Source: Opitutales bacterium
GTDB lineage: Bacteria; Verrucomicrobiota; Verrucomicrobiia; Opitutales; UBA2987
Direction of reading: 5' to 3'
Assembly (NCBI GenBank): GCA_965226885.1
Contig: CBDDEL010000007.1
Coordinates: forward strand, 1-36,211
DNA: 36,211 nucleotides
A model generated the notes under the pieces. The model saw only the letters and a program-made list of their open reading frames with translations, made no database searches and had not been told where the DNA came from. This document shows positions 18,951 to 27,800 of this stretch, in pieces. Positions within the stretch are counted from its first letter, which is position 1. Each line of letters begins with the position of its first letter. A program made the translations under genes and the position numbers.

Positions 18951-18992
18951 CGCTGTGGGTTATTCATCAAGCAAACCCATGCGACTTTTTTT
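18951..18992 (+). terminator. Intrinsic terminator-like hairpin within the pilin 5' leader (attenuator candidate)
   Basis: CGC(T)GTGGGTT ... AACCCATGCG stem followed by AC and T7 (18986-18992), 60 nt before the pilin ATG, with no + strand gene directly upstream. Confidence 0.55.
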
Positions 18993-19051
18993 AACTTTTT
19001 GTGCACATAATTAATTATTGATCAATCATACGCAAAAGAAGGAAGAATATA

Positions 19052-19420
19052 ATGAATCATTATCCCCTAAATTCAGGTATTAATAAAAGCGGGCGGGGCT
19101 TCACACTCGTCGAAATCATGATCGTGGTGGTCATCATCGGATTGTTGGCTGCCATGGCGATTCCCGCCTTCAACAAAGTACGGCAAACTTCTCAGGATAA
19201 AGCCGTCCTCAACAACCTGCGCCAGTTTGCTTCGGCCCCACAGCAATACATGCTGGACGACGGGGTGTCGCAGGTGAGTCTATCCAACATTTTAGGTCCC
19301 GGCCTGCATATGACGGGCCTGTCCAGCGTGGCGGACGAAACCTACGACTTTACCTTGGGAACGAACACCACTCGCGTCCAGACCACCATCAATGGTCGGG
19401 TCGTTAATTACGACTTTTAA
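19052..19420 (+). CDS. Type IV pilin-like protein (prepilin N-terminal cleavage/methylation domain)
   Basis: Class III signal KSGRG|FTLVEIMIVVVIIGLLAAMAIPAF, then NNLRQ; 122 aa. Confidence 0.93.
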   Translation: MNHYPLNSGINKSGRGFTLVEIMIVVVIIGLLAAMAIPAFNKVRQTSQDKAVLNNLRQFASAPQQYMLDDGVSQVSLSNILGPGLHMTGLSSVADETYDFTLGTNTTRVQTTINGRVVNYDF

Positions 19421-19498
19421 CCACCAGCCTGCCAAAATCAATCCAGCCTGTCCATCGCCTGCTTTGGACGGGAACAGGATTCCGGCTTTCTAAAATCC

Positions 19499-19526
19499 GG
19501 TTCCGGCGAAGTGGTTCCGGCGAAGT
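19499..19526. repeat. Perfect 14-bp tandem duplication, intergenic
   Basis: GGTTCCGGCGAAGT x2. Confidence 0.9.
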
Positions 19527-19627
19527 GTTTACTATTTTCTAAATTTGCTAGTGGCCAGTCATTGCTGTGCCGCTTTTGTGGATTTTTGGCATTGCCGAAC
19601 CACCTTTAAATTTGCTCAATTTCATCC

Positions 19628-20464
19628 ATGAGCGAAGGGTTCGAGCAAATCCTGGAAGATCAACAATACATTCTGGGGACAAAAGATGAAGAGCTCACCC
19701 GATTGGGTTTTCAGCACCAACTGTGGAGCGAAATTACGGCAAAAACCTGGAGAAGGGCTGGATTCAGGCCCGGCCAAAACCTTCTCGACGCTGGTTGCGG
19801 TCCCGGTTTTGCAGCCTTCGACCTGGCTCAACTGATGGGGCCGGACGGCTATGTGACCGGTGTCGATAAGTCAGACCGTTTCATTAACTATTGCCGAGCC
19901 CAAATGAAAGCGCGGGGAGTTTCCAATATTACCGTGGAGGTCTGCGACCTGGAAAATGCGGACCTTCCCCAATCCAGTTTCGATGGCGCCTACGCCCGCT
20001 GGGTCTTTTGCTTTTTGCAGCATCCGGAAGCGGCCGTGTCCGCTATTGCCCGGTCCCTTAAGAAGGGCGCCCCTTTTGCCATCCAGGATTATTACAATTG
20101 TGGAACCCTCGATCTTTACCCTGAAAGCGAATCATTCAAGAAAGTGTATACGGCGGTCTGGGAATCCTGGCACATCCGCGGGGGCAACCCGGAGATTGGC
20201 AGGCGCCTCCCGGAAATGTTGGCCGCAAACCGGATCGAAGTCACCCACATCAATCCCATAATTCGCATAGCCCGGCCTGGCGCGGCCCTCTGGAAGTGGC
20301 CGGAATCCTTCTTTAACAGTTATATGCCAACCTTGGTAGAAATGGGTCTGATAACCGAGGAGGATCGGCAATCCTTTCTGCAAGACTGGCAGGAACGCTC
20401 TGTCAACCCGAAAGCATTTTTTACGACTCCCCTCAACATCGAGATAATTGGCCGCAAACGATGA
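19628..20464 (+). CDS. Class I SAM-dependent methyltransferase (UbiE-like), substrate unknown
   Basis: YILG..E..RL..Q N-terminus, LLDAGCGPG, VTGVD, FDGAYARWV and NPEIGRRL. Confidence 0.85.
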   Translation: MSEGFEQILEDQQYILGTKDEELTRLGFQHQLWSEITAKTWRRAGFRPGQNLLDAGCGPGFAAFDLAQLMGPDGYVTGVDKSDRFINYCRAQMKARGVSNITVEVCDLENADLPQSSFDGAYARWVFCFLQHPEAAVSAIARSLKKGAPFAIQDYYNCGTLDLYPESESFKKVYTAVWESWHIRGGNPEIGRRLPEMLAANRIEVTHINPIIRIARPGAALWKWPESFFNSYMPTLVEMGLITEEDRQSFLQDWQERSVNPKAFFTTPLNIEIIGRKR

Positions 20465-20519
20465 AGTTACGTGTTTTCGCTGAATATGGCTGTTTGAATG
20501 CTCGATTTTAATCTCTGGT

Positions 20520-21987
20520 ATGGGTGATTCTTTTTCAGCGGACCCGGTAGTCCTGGGTATTGTCGCTCTTTATCTGGCGCTGATGCTCTACATCGGTTAC
20601 CGGGCATCGAAAAGAATCCGGACTAATGAGGACTTTACCCTGGCGGGCCGCCGGCTGGGGCCTGTCCTTCTGGCTGGAACCCTGGCCGCCACCGAGGCAG
20701 GAGGCGGAAGCTCCATGGGAGTGGCCGAAAAGGCCTATGGAGACTGGGGCCTGTCAGCTGGTTGGTACGTACTCGCCATGACCATAACTTTCGCCCTATT
20801 GGCCATTTTGGCGCCCAAGCTCCGCCAAGCGGGCGTGGCTACCGTGCCGGAGTTTTTTCGGCGGCGCTATGGCGAACCCAGCGGAATTATCACAGCTGTC
20901 ATCATGATTCTTCCACTGATTGGATTAACGGCCATTCAAATCATCGCTTCTTCCGTCATCGTTTCGGTCATGACAGGTTTGCCCTACTCCCTATGCGTAA
21001 TGGTCGTGGTGGTGGTGGTTACGGCATACTCCGTCATGGGTGGATTGTGGAGCGTCACCCTGACAGACTTCGTGCAAATCTTTCTCATTGTTGCCGGATT
21101 GCTTTTGGCGATCCCCTTTGCCCTCCATCACGGCGGAGGCTGGGAGAAAATCATGAGTTTTGTTCCGCGTGAAAAACTCAGCCTGACAGAAGGCATGGGA
21201 GTGGGGACGATCTTCTCCCTGATTGTAATTTATGTAACCTCCTTCGCTGTCGGGCAGGAGGCTGTGCAAAGGTACTATGCGGCCAAGGATGGGCGCTCGG
21301 CCGCCCTCAGTTCTATCTATGCCGGATCCATTTACCTGCTTTTCGCGTTTATTCCGGCCCTGCTTGGAGTGATTGCCTACAGCATGGTCCAGCATGGTCC
21401 AAAGCGGACTCATTGACGGGGCCGTCATCGCCCAACAGGGGGACAAATACGTTTTGCCAATTTTGGCTCTGGAGGTGATGCCTTCCTGGTTGGTCGGCCT
21501 GGTCTTTGCCGCCCTCATCTCAGCCACCATGTCGAGCGCGGACTCCGACCTGCTGGCGGCGGGTTCCATTTTCGCCAACGATATCTATGGCAAATGGATC
21601 CGCCCGGAAGCCGACGTCAGTGAGTTGCTGCGGGTCACCCGTTATACCATGATATTGGTGGCAGTTCTGGCTATGGCGATCGCTTTAACGCACTCCGATA
21701 GCCTCATCACAATTCTCATGTTTTCCTTCACCCTGAGAGCGGGCGGCGCTTTTTTCCCTTATGTCATCGGCCATTATTGGAAGAAAGCCAGCCTGGCCGG
21801 AGCCCTCGCTTCATTGGCCGGGGGCAGTATAACAGTGATTCTGGCCGAGCGGTTCAAAGAATCCTTTTACGGCCTGGAACCGGTCATTCCGGGATTGATT
21901 ATCAGTCTCGTTGCATTCATTGGATTTTCCAGCCTCATGCCCGCAAAAGAAAGCTCCGGCCAGAAAAAGCTGAAGCCGGATTATTGA
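20520..21987 (+). pseudogene. Sodium:solute symporter (SSS/PutP-like), frameshifted by a 10-bp duplication
   Basis: Two ORFs (20520-21416, 21373-21987) carry SSS motifs DFTLAGRRLG, TVPEFFRRRYG, GGLWSVTLTDFVQ, VQRYYAAKD and SATMSSADSDLL. CAGCATGGTC x2 at 21380-21399; removing one unit gives a single 485-aa ORF. Confidence 0.9.
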
Positions 21988-23426
21988 AGCTCTAAAGCCC
22001 GCTGCTGATACCATCTGCGAGCCATTGCCTGGGCTTCCTCGGCCTCTTGGGCGGAGAAATTGGAGCCCAGGGAAATACGCCCGGCAAAGTAGAAACTATC
22101 GATCAGTATGCAATACTGGTTATTCACCATCAGTCCCAGAAAGTCGCCCGTTTGGGCAAACACGAGGTCGCCGCGGGAAGGTGAAAATTCACCGAAAATA
22201 CGGCTGAAGACCTTGTTCTGCATGCGGAAATAACCCTCCAGTTTCGGGTCGAGCTTAAAACCCGACACTCCGTAATAACTTCCCTCGCCGTTGATCAGAA
22301 CCGCTTCCGGAAAACGTAAAGGCTCCAGGGCCAGCGGAAAAACCTTGATCCCTTCGTTTTTCACCACCTCGGCATTGACGGGAACGACCAGAACCCTCGG
22401 ATCGGCTGCCAGGAATCCCGCCTCGGACATTTCGATCCTCGTTTTGCCCACCAACAAAGTCCCGCTCACATCTTGCAGGTTGGGCGGCTGGCCGGTCAGC
22501 CGAAATGGAGTCTCCCGGGTATGAAAAACGGCGTAGGTCTTGATGCCGTCGGTTAAAAAAATGGTTTTTGCCTGGTAAAGCCGATTGCGTCCTCCGCTGA
22601 AAGCGGCGTCGAAACGGGCCATGGCGCGGTTATTTTTAAATGAATCGTAAATGAGATTGAGGGACAGAGGCTGGATTTGCCGAATTTCCTCCTGGATCGC
22701 AGTCGAGGATTGGGCCAGGATGCTGACCCCTTCCACCAACTGGTCGGTTTGCTTCTGAATGGTCTCCTTTTCCACCCGCACGGTTTCAATTTCTGTCCTC
22801 GCGGCCAACAGGTTTTCTTCCAGGATGCGTTTTTCGGTATCCTTTATCTGCAACTCGGTGGAAAGCTGCTGCATTTGACCTTCGACCGCCCGGCGCTGCC
22901 TTTCCCCTTCATTAATCTTTTCCGCGGCCTGCGTCAGTTCTTCATCGCGGGACTGCAATTGCTCCTGCAAAAACCGCACCCGCTCCTTTTCCGCGGCGGC
23001 GCTTTCGCGGCTCGAAATCAGATTCTCCACAAGATCGCTCTTTTCTTTTTTGGAGGCGGCCAAATCCTGCCGTGATTGCTCATAGCTGGTCGTCAGGTCG
23101 GTTTTCTCCAGTTCCAGGAGTTTTTGAGTATCGATAAGCTGTGATTTATCCTTCTCCAGCTCGCCCTTTTCCGCGGCCAGTTTCCGCGCTTCCTCCGCCT
23201 GCTCCAAAAGAGCTTTATTGAGCGCCTGGCGTTGATCCTCCTCAATTTGCAAGGAAAGCTTGAGGACGTCGATGAGGTCCTCTTTTTCGGCTGCTATTTC
23301 CTCGTTTTCAGCTACTGATTCGGGCGGCTCCGGCGGGGTTGCCTCATTCGGTTGGTCGAACCGCGCCAAGGCCAGCATGCTGATGAGGAGAAAATCAGCC
23401 AGTATCAGCAACAGAGCTTTGCTCAT
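21981..23426 (-). CDS. Hypothetical single-pass membrane protein: N-terminal TM with Asp (MotB/ExbD-like), long coiled coil, C-terminal beta-rich trypsin-like domain
   Basis: 481 aa. ALLLILADFLLISMLALA, Pro/Glu linker, E/K/Q/L heptads about aa 45-250, and FSPSRGDLVFAQTGDFLGLMVN near the C-terminus. The CDS is solid; the function is inferred. Confidence 0.75.
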   Translation of the reverse strand: MSKALLLILADFLLISMLALARFDQPNEATPPEPPESVAENEEIAAEKEDLIDVLKLSLQIEEDQRQALNKALLEQAEEARKLAAEKGELEKDKSQLIDTQKLLELEKTDLTTSYEQSRQDLAASKKEKSDLVENLISSRESAAAEKERVRFLQEQLQSRDEELTQAAEKINEGERQRRAVEGQMQQLSTELQIKDTEKRILEENLLAARTEIETVRVEKETIQKQTDQLVEGVSILAQSSTAIQEEIRQIQPLSLNLIYDSFKNNRAMARFDAAFSGGRNRLYQAKTIFLTDGIKTYAVFHTRETPFRLTGQPPNLQDVSGTLLVGKTRIEMSEAGFLAADPRVLVVPVNAEVVKNEGIKVFPLALEPLRFPEAVLINGEGSYYGVSGFKLDPKLEGYFRMQNKVFSRIFGEFSPSRGDLVFAQTGDFLGLMVNNQYCILIDSFYFAGRISLGSNFSAQEAEEAQAMARRWYQQRALELQ

Positions 23427-25077
23427 GGCTTTGGTTTTCCTTATCCTCCTGGATAATCAGGCTGCGCCGGAAGGGGCGCACATGAAAGATTTTTAGAAGG
23501 GCAACAAAAATAATTCCGAATAGGGTGGAGGAATAAGCGGCGATGAGGCTCGCCTGCACGATATCCATGGAAAGCAAAATGAGGGACAAAACCGTTCCCC
23601 CCAGGCCCACATAGAGCCCCAGGTCGAACAGATTGTCCTCGTTTTCCAGCAGCTTCATCTTGAAAGCGGGCTTCTCCGGCTGCTTCTTTATCTCCGTTAT
23701 CTTTATCAGGCAGAAGACGTAGACAATCAACTGAAGCAGAAAAAACAGGACAATTATGAGTAGGGTAATCTGATCCAGCATGACGGTTTCCAGGTTCTGC
23801 GATTTTAAGGACTGTAAATTATTGGCAACATTAAAGTCCAGGCGCAACTGTGCTTTTGGTTCGGGACCGCTCTCAAATAGTGTCGGTTCCATCAGCACCC
23901 ACAGCGTAATGGCGGCGAAAAGCGAAACGAAGCCGTTTTCCAGCATCATCACAGGGTGAAGCCGGGAAAGCCCGCGGTGGCGCATAAAGATTTCCCGCAC
24001 ATCGCTCAGGAACAAGGCCAGGGCGTAACCGGCCGCCAGGATGACAAAAATTTTCAGATTGATGGCGGCCTGGGGATGCCGGTGGGTGAAACTGAGCATG
24101 GGCGCTTGCGGGATCCACGAAATGGGCCTGTCCAGCAGTTGGACAAAGGCCGGTGGGCGGTAAAGCGGTTTGGTCTGGGCGATCAGCTCCGCAACCGCTC
24201 CTTTGCCGGACGAAAGGGCGAAATCGAGATTGCTCCAGCCGTCCTCCGGGTATTTTTTCACATATCGGAAAACTCCCTCCGCATCTTTGGATAGGAGAAT
24301 GAGGCTATAGATTAAGGGCAGATCGTCCGCCTGCCGGCGAAATGCGGCCGCTGTTTGCTCCACTTCGGTCCAATTGGAAAGCGATCCCATCAACTCTCTC
24401 AATTGCGTCCAATTGAACCGTTTGCCCAGACTAAGGAGTGACAGGTAGGTTTTTTCCAACCGGGACAGGGCGGCCCGTTTACCAGCCTGAGCTTCCTCCG
24501 CCAATAGACGCAAGTCCCGCGCCATCTGCGGTTCGATATGATTGCCTTGCAGCAACAGCGCGGTGGTCAGGATGGTTGCTTCCAGAGGCTGCCCGGCAGC
24601 AGAAGAAACCGGCATAAAGAGAACCGTGCCCGTCAACGACCGGGTGGCCAGAACCGATTTTACGGCCGCGTTGGCGGAGTATTCGAGGAAGTCCAGCATC
24701 TGCTTTCTGTTTTCGGCCGGAAGGAGGAGCAATATGATGTCCTCTCCCGAATGTTTTTCGGGCCTGATGCCGGCAATTTCCAGAAACTGCTCCAAATAAG
24801 GCGAAGGACCGCCCGTCAAGGCATATTGAGGCCTTTCCCTCAACAATTCTTCGAGCCGCGGATGGGTTGAATCCAGTAGCGCGGCCGGCCCGGCTTTCCC
24901 GGCATCCAGATAAAGGTCCGTCAATTGCTCGATGGTCGGTGTCCTGCGGCCCGCTTCGACCAGCACCCCCGGCGCCACCGTGCGGAAATGCACAGGAATG
25001 CCCGTCCCGAAAAGCGCCAGGACGCAGGCCAGGGCCAAAAACAAAAGAGCCTCTATAAAAATGCCAAGCTTAGACAT
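23395..25077 (-). CDS. Hypothetical multi-pass membrane protein with MotA/TolQ/ExbB-like C-terminal helices (560 aa from ATG 25077)
   Basis: N-terminal TM, large soluble domain, five further hydrophobic segments; GLYVGLGGTV and AAYSSTLFGI resemble the channel helices of the MotA/TolQ/ExbB family. Confidence 0.72.
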   Translation of the reverse strand: MSKLGIFIEALLFLALACVLALFGTGIPVHFRTVAPGVLVEAGRRTPTIEQLTDLYLDAGKAGPAALLDSTHPRLEELLRERPQYALTGGPSPYLEQFLEIAGIRPEKHSGEDIILLLLPAENRKQMLDFLEYSANAAVKSVLATRSLTGTVLFMPVSSAAGQPLEATILTTALLLQGNHIEPQMARDLRLLAEEAQAGKRAALSRLEKTYLSLLSLGKRFNWTQLRELMGSLSNWTEVEQTAAAFRRQADDLPLIYSLILLSKDAEGVFRYVKKYPEDGWSNLDFALSSGKGAVAELIAQTKPLYRPPAFVQLLDRPISWIPQAPMLSFTHRHPQAAINLKIFVILAAGYALALFLSDVREIFMRHRGLSRLHPVMMLENGFVSLFAAITLWVLMEPTLFESGPEPKAQLRLDFNVANNLQSLKSQNLETVMLDQITLLIIVLFFLLQLIVYVFCLIKITEIKKQPEKPAFKMKLLENEDNLFDLGLYVGLGGTVLSLILLSMDIVQASLIAAYSSTLFGIIFVALLKIFHVRPFRRSLIIQEDKENQSHEQSSVADTG

Positions 25078-25226
25078 GGAAAATCTTAAAATTTGACTTA
25101 GGATAAAACAACCAATCCTCTGCCGCCAACCCACAAATCGACTCCCTGGAGATTGCTTCCAGTCTGTCTCAACCCGCTCTTTTTTGATTGCCCGCGTCTT
25201 TCCGTTGCCCTTAGAGATAATCCGGC

Positions 25227-25817
25227 ATGACACTCAGAGTAACTCAATACGGTGAACCGGTCCTCCGCAAAAAAGGCCGGAAAGTTACCCGTTTCGACGG
25301 CCGGTTGATGGAATTGGCCAATGGCATGTTAGAGGCCATGCAAATTCACGACGGCATCGGGCTGGCTGCCCAACAGGTTGGCAAACCGATAAAAATGTGC
25401 CTGGTTGACATGCGCGTGGCTCAACGTAGAGAGGTTTTTAATTATATCTACGACGGGAAAAGACCGCCCCTGGAACTGCTCATGCCGATGGCCCTTATCA
25501 ATCCCAAAGTTGAATTTCTAGGCAAAAAAGAAACCCTGCGGGAGGAAGGCTGCCTCTCATTTCCGAAAATTTATGGCGAGATCGTCCGCCCGGAATCCAT
25601 CCGCGTAAAATTTCACGATTTGCAGGGCAACGGCCACACCCTTGAGTGCAACGGCCTTCTTTCTCGCGTCATCCAGCACGAAGTGGACCACCTCAACGGC
25701 GTTCTCTTTATCGCCCGCATGGACCGCAAAGCACTCAAAAAAATAGAGTCGCAACTCAAAAAGCTCAAAAAAAACTCCCTCGCGGCATTGAAAAAGAACC
25801 AGGAGAATTGCCGTTGA
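25227..25817 (+). CDS. def: Peptide deformylase
   Basis: GIGLAAQQVG, EGCLS and QHEVDHLNG. Confidence 0.96.
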   Translation: MTLRVTQYGEPVLRKKGRKVTRFDGRLMELANGMLEAMQIHDGIGLAAQQVGKPIKMCLVDMRVAQRREVFNYIYDGKRPPLELLMPMALINPKVEFLGKKETLREEGCLSFPKIYGEIVRPESIRVKFHDLQGNGHTLECNGLLSRVIQHEVDHLNGVLFIARMDRKALKKIESQLKKLKKNSLAALKKNQENCR

Positions 25818-25835
25818 TCGAGGCCTTAAAAGGTC

Positions 25836-26885
25836 ATGCGAAAGATCATCCACATCGATATGGACTGCTTTTATGCGGCCATCGAAGTGCGGGAAAACCC
25901 CCAACTGGCGGGGAAACCGGTAGCCGTGGGCGGGCAAAGCCATCGCGGGGTGCTCACGACCTGCAATTACGAAGCACGCCAATTCGGCTGCCGCTCCGCC
26001 CTGCCGACCTATCGGGCTCTGCAGCTATGCCCCTCGCTGGTCATGCTGCCGCCTCGATTTGAACTTTACCGCTCCGTATCCAACGTCATCAGGGAAATCC
26101 TCCAGCGATACACCCCGCGGGTGGAGCCGCTCTCGCTCGACGAAGCCTATCTGGATGTCTCCACGCGCAAGGAATATGGTTGGGATATCGCCAAGGAAAT
26201 CCGTAAAAATATTTTAGAAACGACAAAAATAACCGCTTCTGCTGGCATCGCGCCCAACAAAATGCTGGCCAAAATCGCCAGCGATTGGCGAAAGCCGAAC
26301 GGCCAGTTCGCGGTCACTCCCGAACAAATAGATGCCTTCATGGTGGACTTGCCGGTCCGTAAAATATGGGGGGTGGGACCAAAAAGTGTGCAAAGGCTGG
26401 AAAAGCGCGGCATCCATACCTGCGGCCAATTACAAATACTTGCGCGCACCGACCTATTCAGCTTCTTCGGTAGTTTCGGGACCGAGCTTTACGATCTGTG
26501 CCGGGGGATCGACAACCGCTCCGTGGAACCGTCCCGCATCCGTAGATCGTTGAGCACCGAGCGCACATTCGATAAAAACCTGCATCACCTGGAAGAATGC
26601 GTCCTGCAACTGCAGCCGATTTATGAAGAACTGTGCCGGGATTTACGGGGAAAAAGCGCCGATCTGGCTATTGCCAAGGCATTCATCAAATTGAAGTTCG
26701 CCGATTTCAAGCAAACCACCCGGGAGTGTGTCTGTCCCCAACCCGATTTCGAGGTTTACCTGAAATTGCTCGAAGTAGCCTTTCAACGCAGCCGCGAAGG
26801 AGTTCGATTGATCGGGGCAGGTGTGCGTTTCCGCCCACAAGAATCCGAGACCGGAGCCCAACAGCTCGATTTAAATTTTTCCTGA
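25836..26885 (+). CDS. dinB: DNA polymerase IV
   Basis: RKIIHIDMDCFYAAIE, CNYEARQFG, SLDEAYLD, NKMLAKIASD and RLIG.G. Confidence 0.96.
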   Translation: MRKIIHIDMDCFYAAIEVRENPQLAGKPVAVGGQSHRGVLTTCNYEARQFGCRSALPTYRALQLCPSLVMLPPRFELYRSVSNVIREILQRYTPRVEPLSLDEAYLDVSTRKEYGWDIAKEIRKNILETTKITASAGIAPNKMLAKIASDWRKPNGQFAVTPEQIDAFMVDLPVRKIWGVGPKSVQRLEKRGIHTCGQLQILARTDLFSFFGSFGTELYDLCRGIDNRSVEPSRIRRSLSTERTFDKNLHHLEECVLQLQPIYEELCRDLRGKSADLAIAKAFIKLKFADFKQTTRECVCPQPDFEVYLKLLEVAFQRSREGVRLIGAGVRFRPQESETGAQQLDLNFS

Positions 26886-27733
26886 TGGCCCCGAAATATC
26901 GCCCTCCTCCCTGGCGCTGGCCCAACATCCTTTCCCTTGATGCGGCCCTCATCGCCGTTTCCTGGCAATATTTTATCAGCGCCGCATTCAAAACACCTCT
27001 CACCGGGCCGCACTTCCTGGTATTGGGATCGGCGGTTTGGCTGGCCTATGTGGCCGATCGCTGGATCGACGGCATGCGGATCAATGCGGAAAAGGCGGCC
27101 ACGCAGCGGCATCGGTTTTATATCGTCTTTCGCCGGCCCATCCTGGCGGCCTGGATGATTGTTTTAGTGGCGGCGGTGGTTCTGGCTCATTGTAAACTGG
27201 ATCGGGAAGAACTGCTGGCAGGATGGATTTTAGTCGCTGCCTGCCTGGGTTACGCCTTGCTGGTGAAACGGCCCGGAGGCGATTGGGGCTGGCTCATGCT
27301 CAAGGAATTGTGGGCTGCAATCCTTTTTACGGCCGGGGTTTTTCTTTTTCTTGGCGGCATCTGGCGGACTCATCCTCTGGCAGCATCGGTGGCCGCGTTG
27401 GCGTTTTGTCTCCTCTGTTTCGCCAATTGCAGCCTGATGGGCAAATGGGAGAGAAAGGAGGACCGCCAGCACCGGCAAATGTCCCTATGTTTGCGCTGGC
27501 CGGTTTGGGTCGCCGCCAGCAAATGGCTGGCATTGGGGACGGCTCTGGCATCCTGGGGTTTTTTATTTATACTGCCGGGCGAAAACGGCTTTGCCCTCAT
27601 CATGGCATTCAATCTTTCAGGGTGGGGGCTATTTTTACTCGATTTAAGAAGTCGTCATATACCGGTGGAGGATTTGCGGGTTTTGGGAGATGCCGTTCTG
27701 TTTTCCCCCATTTTGGCCCTGATCCTTTTCTAG
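26885..27733 (+). CDS. Integral membrane protein, UbiA-prenyltransferase-like
   Basis: ATG overlaps the dinB stop (TGATG); multiple TM segments; AYVADRWID and ERKEDR resemble degenerate UbiA acidic motifs. Confidence 0.6.
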   Translation: MAPKYRPPPWRWPNILSLDAALIAVSWQYFISAAFKTPLTGPHFLVLGSAVWLAYVADRWIDGMRINAEKAATQRHRFYIVFRRPILAAWMIVLVAAVVLAHCKLDREELLAGWILVAACLGYALLVKRPGGDWGWLMLKELWAAILFTAGVFLFLGGIWRTHPLAASVAALAFCLLCFANCSLMGKWERKEDRQHRQMSLCLRWPVWVAASKWLALGTALASWGFLFILPGENGFALIMAFNLSGWGLFLLDLRSRHIPVEDLRVLGDAVLFSPILALILF

Positions 27734-27800
27734 GAATGACCGCCCGCCCCTCTGTTTGGAGCTTGACCCGAAAATTGAAAAATCCAACCTATGACCGCTT

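Noticed and set aside
18915..18992. Canonical c-di-GMP-I riboswitch call
   Set aside because: Only the first GNRA hairpin resembles it; the GCAAA junction and second stem are missing, so it is kept as a candidate finding only.
19553..19566. Sigma54 promoter TGGC...TTGC upstream of the methyltransferase
   Set aside because: The spacing is one base short of the strict -24/-12 requirement.
21981..25077. Zorya anti-phage system (ZorAB)
   Set aside because: No OmpA-like domain in the B-like protein, the long helical stalk is on B rather than A, and no zorC/D/E genes are adjacent.
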